Origin: Lachnospiraceae bacterium
GTDB lineage: Bacteria > Bacillota > Bacilli > Lactobacillales > Streptococcaceae
DNA: 64,000 bases
Direction: 5' to 3'
Assembly (NCBI GenBank): GCA_963635745.1
Contig: CAVHFY010000003.1
Location: forward strand, 8,850 to 72,849
Of this stretch, positions 58,953 through 64,000 are shown piece by piece; position 1 is the stretch's first letter; every line of letters starts with the position of its first letter. The position numbers and the translations under genes are program-made. The notes beneath the pieces are model-generated. The model saw nothing but the letters and a program-made list of their open reading frames with translations, did not search any database and was not told the DNA's origin.

Positions 58953-58960
58953 CAACTAAA

Positions 58961-59006
58961 AATCAATATCTTGTGTTTTGAAAAAAACTTACCACAAGAT
59001 ATTGAT
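58961..59006. promoter_or_regulatory. Two NrdR boxes upstream of nrdD
   Basis: AATCAATATCTTGTGT and ACCACAAGATATTGAT resemble acaCwAtATaTwGtg. Together they also form an inverted repeat. Confidence 0.8.
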
Positions 59007-59056
59007 TTTTTTTGGGATTGCGTTATAATAGGTGGCGTGAAAGGAAGTATTGCGAA

Positions 59057-61261
59057 ATGATGACATTGGAAGAAGAACGTGTATTAAGTCACCCATTCAT
59101 TCGTGTTATGAAACGAGATGGTCGACTAGTTGATTTTGATGCGCAAAAGATAGATCGAGCTCTATACAAAGCCAGTCAAGAAGTTGAGGAAATGACACCG
59201 CAAGTTGAGGCCAAGTTACGTACCATTTCTGATCGTATTATTGCCGAAATTTTTGAACGATTTACTAAAGATATCAAGATTTACGAAATTCAAAGTATTG
59301 TTGAGCATGAATTACTAGCCTCTGGGGAATATACGATTGCAAAAGAATACATAAATTATCGGACACAGCGTGATTTCGATCGCCAAAAGGCGACGGATAT
59401 TAATGTTGCCATTGATAAACTGCTTAATAAAGAGCAAGCAGTGGTTAACGAAAATGCCAATAAAGATAGTGAAGTCTTTAATACACAGAGGGATTTGACG
59501 GCAGGAATTGTTGGTAAATCTATCGGACTTAAGTTGCTTCCTCCTCATGTCGCTAATGCTCACCAAAAGGGTGATATTCATTTTCATGATATGGATTATA
59601 GTCCTTACACGCCAATGACAAACTGCTGTTTGATTGACTTTAAGGGAATGCTAGAAAATGGCTTTAAAATGGGAAATGCGGAGGTTGAGTCGCCCAAATC
59701 GATTCAAACAGCTACAGCACAGATTTCTCAAATTATTGCCAATGTTGCTTCTAGTCAGTATGGGGGTTGTACGGCGGACCGTATCGACGAACTGCTGGCA
59801 CCTTATGCGAAACTAAATTACCAAAAGCATCTTAAGGATGCCAAAGAGTGGGTGGCAGAAGACAAGCAAAAGTCTTATGCACGCCAAAAGACGCAAAAAG
59901 ATATCTATGATGCTATGCAATCATTGGAGTATGAGATTAATACCTTGTTTACTTCCAATGGTCAAACGCCCTTTACCTCACTAGGATTCGGCCTTGGGAC
60001 GAGTTGGTTTGAACGAGAAATTCAAAAAGCCATTTTAACTATCCGTATTAAAGGTTTGGGAAGTGAACATCGCACAGCTATATTTCCTAAGTTAATATTT
60101 ACCTTGAAATCTGGACTTAATTTGGAAGTTGGGACACCAAACTATGACATCAAACAATTAGCTCTGGAATGTGCCACAAAACGTATGTATCCAGATGTTT
60201 TATCATATGACAAAATTGTTGAATTAACAGGATCTTTCAAAGCACCGATGGGTTGTCGTTCTTTCTTACAAGGTTGGTGGGACGAAAATGGACGAGAAGT
60301 TAACTCTGGTCGAATGAATCTTGGTGTTGTGACGCTTAATCTTCCCCGGATTGCGCTTGAAGCCGATGGAAATATCGAACGTTTTTGGGATATTTTCAAA
60401 GAACGTCTTGCGATTGCCAAGGATGCCTTAGTTTACCGTGTTGAACGTGTCAAAGAAGCGAGCCCGGCTAATGCACCGATACTTTACCAATATGGTGCTT
60501 TTGGAAAACGTCTGCCAAAAGTAGGTAGTGTAGATGAACTGTTTAGAAACCGTCGGGCAACCGTCTCTCTAGGTTATATTGGTCTTTATGAGGTCGCGAC
60601 AGCTTTTTATGGTGGTACTTGGGAACATAATCCTGCTGCTAAAAATCTGACTATTGATATTGTTCGTCAAATGAAGGAAGCTTGTGAGGATTGGTCTAAT
60701 GAGTATGGCTATCATTTCTCAGTATACTCTACACCATCAGAAAGTTTGACAGACCGTTTTTGTCGTTTGGATAGCGAAAAATTTGGTTTAGTGGCTGATA
60801 TCACGGATAAAGAGTATTATACCAACTCTTTCCACTATGATGTGCGTAAAAATCCAACACCTTTTGAAAAGCTTGATTTCGAAAAGGACTATCCTGCTGC
60901 TGGAGCGACGGGTGGCTTTATTCATTATTGCGAGTATCCTGTTTTGCAACAAAATCCCAAAGCGCTTGAAGCAGTATGGGATTATGCTTATAGTCGTGTT
61001 GGTTACCTTGGAACCAATACCCCAATAGATCATTGCTATGCTTGTGGTTTTGAAGGAGATTTCGAGCCAACTGAGCGAGGGTTCAAATGTCCAAATTGTG
61101 GTAATAGTGACCCTAAAACCGTCGATGTGGTTAAGAGAACTTGTGGTTATTTGGGAAATCCACAAGCACGCCCTATGGTAAATGGCCGTCATAAGGAGAT
61201 TTCAGCTCGGGTTAAACATATGAATGGTTCAACCATTGCTCAAGAAGGAGAGAAAATTTAA
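59057..61261 (+). CDS. nrdD: Anaerobic (class III) ribonucleoside-triphosphate reductase
   Basis: ATP cone VMKRDG, ENANKD, TNCC, MGCRS, C-terminal CxxC...CxxC and RTCGYLG glycyl-radical motif. Confidence 0.99.
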   Translation: MMTLEEERVLSHPFIRVMKRDGRLVDFDAQKIDRALYKASQEVEEMTPQVEAKLRTISDRIIAEIFERFTKDIKIYEIQSIVEHELLASGEYTIAKEYINYRTQRDFDRQKATDINVAIDKLLNKEQAVVNENANKDSEVFNTQRDLTAGIVGKSIGLKLLPPHVANAHQKGDIHFHDMDYSPYTPMTNCCLIDFKGMLENGFKMGNAEVESPKSIQTATAQISQIIANVASSQYGGCTADRIDELLAPYAKLNYQKHLKDAKEWVAEDKQKSYARQKTQKDIYDAMQSLEYEINTLFTSNGQTPFTSLGFGLGTSWFEREIQKAILTIRIKGLGSEHRTAIFPKLIFTLKSGLNLEVGTPNYDIKQLALECATKRMYPDVLSYDKIVELTGSFKAPMGCRSFLQGWWDENGREVNSGRMNLGVVTLNLPRIALEADGNIERFWDIFKERLAIAKDALVYRVERVKEASPANAPILYQYGAFGKRLPKVGSVDELFRNRRATVSLGYIGLYEVATAFYGGTWEHNPAAKNLTIDIVRQMKEACEDWSNEYGYHFSVYSTPSESLTDRFCRLDSEKFGLVADITDKEYYTNSFHYDVRKNPTPFEKLDFEKDYPAAGATGGFIHYCEYPVLQQNPKALEAVWDYAYSRVGYLGTNTPIDHCYACGFEGDFEPTERGFKCPNCGNSDPKTVDVVKRTCGYLGNPQARPMVNGRHKEISARVKHMNGSTIAQEGEKI

Positions 61262-61398
61262 TGGGGAAATACCAACTAGACGATAAAGGAAAAGCACAAG
61301 TTACCCGGTTTCACGAGAAACATTCAACGGGAGGTACCAACAAAAGAGATCGCATTGCGCATTTGCGAGAACAATTTTTGAACAAGAGTAAAAACTAA
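61261..61398 (+). CDS. Small 45-aa protein coupled to nrdD (not in the ORF track)
   Basis: TAATG stop/start overlap, AAGGAG RBS inside the nrdD 3' end; MGKYQLDDKGKAQVTRFHEKHSTGGTNKRDRIAHLREQFLNKSKN. Confidence 0.82.
   Translation: MGKYQLDDKGKAQVTRFHEKHSTGGTNKRDRIAHLREQFLNKSKN
61307..61322. promoter_or_regulatory. Candidate parS site
   Basis: gGTTTCACGaGAAACA, 14/16 match to the parS consensus. Confidence 0.55.
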
Positions 61399-61445
61399 TA
61401 AAAGTGAGGGGCTACTCTCACTTTTTATCTAGAAAGGTATGGGCA

Positions 61446-61946
61446 ATGAAACTACGCAGACCAGAACTGACAGATAAGCAAGCTGTTATGGAGATGATGA
61501 TTGACTTTAAGACAAGCCGATCTCCGCACGACGGTGGGTTTTGGCAAGCTGAGGCATTTTCTTACGACGATTGGATTGAAAGGAATCAAGAAATAGAAGT
61601 GGGCTTAGGTCTATCAAAGGATCAGGTTCCTGCGATTCAGTTTGTAGCTTTTGATGCCTATAATCGCGCTGTTGGCTTTCTTCAGTTGCGATTGCGTTTG
61701 AATGATTTGCTATTGGAAAAAGGGGGACATATTGGTTATTCCATTCGCCCGACTGAGAGGGGAAAGGGATATGCTAAGGAGGCCCTTCGTCAGGGATTGA
61801 AAATTGCAAAAGAGAAGAATCTTCAAAGTGTGCTTGTGACTTGTCATGTTGAGAATGTTGCTAGCCGTGCAGTCATTTTAGCTAATGGCGGGCAGTTAGA
61901 GGATATACGTCATAAGACAGAACGGTATTGGATAGATGTGGAGTAG
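61446..61946 (+). CDS. GNAT family N-acetyltransferase
   Basis: GGHIGYSIRPTERGKGYA, N.ASR.VI..NGG, RYWI. Start ATG 61446. Confidence 0.92.
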   Translation: MKLRRPELTDKQAVMEMMIDFKTSRSPHDGGFWQAEAFSYDDWIERNQEIEVGLGLSKDQVPAIQFVAFDAYNRAVGFLQLRLRLNDLLLEKGGHIGYSIRPTERGKGYAKEALRQGLKIAKEKNLQSVLVTCHVENVASRAVILANGGQLEDIRHKTERYWIDVE

Positions 61947-61951
61947 GTATC

Positions 61952-62557
61952 ATGACATGGAATACACCAAAGCCAGGGGAATGGAAGAGCGAAGAATTAA
62001 GCCAAGGCCGTATCATTGATTATAAGGCTTTTAACTTTGTAGATGGTGAGGGCGTTCGTAATTCGCTTTATGTCGCGGGTTGTATGTTTCATTGCGAAGG
62101 ATGCTACAATGTAGCGACTTGGTCTTTTAAGGCGGGAATCCCCTATACAGCAGAGCTTGAAGAACAAATCATGAAGGATTTGGCTGAACCCTATGTTCAA
62201 GGTTTAACCCTTTTGGGGGGAGAACCTTTTTTAAACACAGGCATTTTATTGCCTTTAGTTAAACGTGTGAAAAAGGAGCTACCAGAAAAAGATATTTGGT
62301 CTTGGACGGGCTATACTTGGGAAGAAATGATGCAAGAGACATCAGATAAGCTTGAAATGCTCCAGTATATTGATATTTTAGTCGATGGACGCTACGATAA
62401 ATCTAAGCGCAACTTAATGTTACAGTTTCGTGGGTCATCTAACCAGCGAATTATTGATGTTCAAACATCTTTGCAGACTAAGCAAGTGGTTATTTGGGAT
62501 AAATTAAATGATGGCGATGCCGCTTTCGAACAGATTAAACGAGAGGATCTCATTTAA
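61952..62557 (+). CDS. nrdG: Anaerobic RNR activating protein (radical SAM)
   Basis: VDGEGVR..GCMFHCEGCYN (CxxxCxxC), GGEP, FRGSSNQR. Confidence 0.98.
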   Translation: MTWNTPKPGEWKSEELSQGRIIDYKAFNFVDGEGVRNSLYVAGCMFHCEGCYNVATWSFKAGIPYTAELEEQIMKDLAEPYVQGLTLLGGEPFLNTGILLPLVKRVKKELPEKDIWSWTGYTWEEMMQETSDKLEMLQYIDILVDGRYDKSKRNLMLQFRGSSNQRIIDVQTSLQTKQVVIWDKLNDGDAAFEQIKREDLI

Positions 62558-62600
62558 AAAAAGCCCGCTAAGGGCCTTTTTAAATGATTGATTTACGGGG

Positions 62601-63335
62601 TTAGTTTTTGATTCGGACATAGACGAGGTCTTGTTCTGTGGATAAGTCTGGTCGATAGGTAAAGCCGTCGGCGACGATGGTCTTTAAGTCGTTGATTTCC
62701 TGAATCCCCTGAATTAGAGCTTGATTGATGAAGGCACCACGTGCTTTTTTAGAAATAGTAGCATGTTTTTTTAAACAACCATCTGCCTCTTCAAGGAAAT
62801 TTAATCGTATAAAATGTGAACGAACACTTGGTGAGAAGACGTCTTCAAACTCACTTGACAAAAGGGAAATAACAGTTTCTTGTGATTTGGCCCAGGCATC
62901 GTAGTGAGGACGCCAAAAGCTTTTAAGAGTTTGTTGATTGGCTAGTTTGATTTTGGTTTGGAAATCTAGTCGGTGAGGGACGATAGGAGTTAATGCAGGG
63001 ATAATGCCGTAGAGACTTGTTGCAATAAAGAGTGAGTTATCCACATTATCCACAAACTCTGTGGATAATGTTTCTGTGGCCATTTGTCGGTACATTAATC
63101 CATGATAGAGTAGCAAGGCTGGGTAGGCAGATGCGGTTTGGTTAGCGATAGCTTGCCACCGGTGATACTCGCGTTCAGCAGAACTATATTTTATGTGATA
63201 GGCTTGAGCTAACTCATCTATTGACAACTGTGTTAACTTATCCACAACGGGTCTTGACAATTGTGGATAAGTAGCGACTGACTTTACAAAAGGTAATTCC
63301 ATTTCTTTGGCTGGAGGAATAATAAAACTTAGCAT
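62601..63335 (-). CDS. yaaA: Peroxide stress protein YaaA (DUF328/UPF0246)
   Basis: IIPPAKEM, A..LY.GLMY, SLYG, HRLDF, L.S.EF, SKKARG. Start ATG 63335 lies 6 nt after TTGACA-17-TACAAT. Confidence 0.92.
   Translation of the reverse strand: MLSFIIPPAKEMELPFVKSVATYPQLSRPVVDKLTQLSIDELAQAYHIKYSSAEREYHRWQAIANQTASAYPALLLYHGLMYRQMATETLSTEFVDNVDNSLFIATSLYGIIPALTPIVPHRLDFQTKIKLANQQTLKSFWRPHYDAWAKSQETVISLLSSEFEDVFSPSVRSHFIRLNFLEEADGCLKKHATISKKARGAFINQALIQGIQEINDLKTIVADGFTYRPDLSTEQDLVYVRIKN
62637..63270. repeat. Six perfect DnaA boxes inside yaaA
   Basis: TGTGGATAA 62637, TTATCCACA 63037, TTATCCACA 63046, TGTGGATAA 63060, TTATCCACA 63238, TGTGGATAA 63262. Confidence 0.9.
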
Positions 63336-63461
63336 AGCATGATTGTAAAGGAAACTGTAAATCTTGTCAATAAAGCTGTCAATTTCAATTATCCCGGTCG
63401 GATAGAGTGACTTTTTTGGTATAATGAGAGTAACATAATGCAAATGTAAGGGGGTTTTGCT

Positions 63462-64000
63462 ATGAAAGTAACGACATTGGGTTGTTGGGGTGGCTATGCC
63501 TATAAAGATGCTGGCACAACGAGTTTTTTATTGCAATCTGAAGATGGGTTTAATTTACTCATGGATGCAGGGAGCCGTGCGGTAACGGAATTGGAAAAGG
63601 AAATCTCTCCACTAGAGCTTGATGCGGTTATCATCAGCCATTACCATGCAGATCACGTAGCAGATTTAGGGGTTTTGCGGCAGTACCGTCAGCTTTACCC
63701 TAAGCACTTGTGGGAGGCTAAAGTGTTGCCAATTTATGGGCACACAGAGGATCCTGAGGAATTTGCCAAATTAACCTTAACAGATGTTTCTCAAGGGCAT
63801 GCCTATGATGTGGTGAATGGTCAAATGATTGGGCCTTTTGATATTAGTTTTATTAGAACAGTCCACCCTGTTCCATGCTACGCTTTTCGTATTTGTGAAC
63901 GCCAAACAGGACAAGTTTTGGTCTTTACGGGAGATACGGGATATTTTCCTGAATTGCCTGATTTTGTAAAAGGAGCCGACCTTTTTCTAGCGGATGTCTA
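63462..64000 (+). CDS. MBL-fold metallo-hydrolase (YhfI/RNase Z-like), 5' part (runs off the window)
   Basis: Manual translation MKVTTLGCWGGY..TTSFLL..LLMDAGS..ISHYHADH..TVHPVPC..FTGDTG. Confidence 0.92.
   Translation, partial: MKVTTLGCWGGYAYKDAGTTSFLLQSEDGFNLLMDAGSRAVTELEKEISPLELDAVIISHYHADHVADLGVLRQYRQLYPKHLWEAKVLPIYGHTEDPEEFAKLTLTDVSQGHAYDVVNGQMIGPFDISFIRTVHPVPCYAFRICERQTGQVLVFTGDTGYFPELPDFVKGADLFLADV

Overview
A 64-kb core-genome window of a Streptococcus chromosome containing the replication origin, in the reverse orientation to the usual dnaA-first convention. The species cannot be assigned from the sequence alone. Left end (minus strand): mfd (partial), pth, ychF, a DUF951 gene, dnaN and dnaA, with a bipartite oriC (DnaA boxes on both sides of dnaA, DnaA-trio unwinding element upstream of dnaN), then parB and htrA. 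The rest is conserved origin-proximal housekeeping: rlmH, three tRNAs (no comCDE between tRNA-Arg and tRNA-Glu), yfhO, an ABC-F ATPase, T-box/trpS, guaB, recF, pgsA-ecfA1A2T, two cell-wall hydrolases, mnmA, mnmG, gdpP-rplI-dnaB, rpsD, TetR/Pip, rpmF-rpmG, hisS-aspS, argS, argR-mutS, mutL-ruvA-tag-cinA-recA, spxA2, ireB-ruvX and nrdD-nrdG. I found no prophage, IS, integrase or CRISPR array. The most striking unexplained signal is six perfect DnaA boxes inside the coding sequence of the yaaA (DUF328) gene, about 57 kb from oriC. Other notable items: a structured mnmA leader with two identical anticodon-like hairpin loops; a small ORF after a ComX-like box that can only use a non-canonical start; absence of the rodZ/M16-peptidase block before pgsA; a YclI/YclH-type ABC transporter between mutS and mutL; and a GC-rich patch over DUF421-hisS-aspS.
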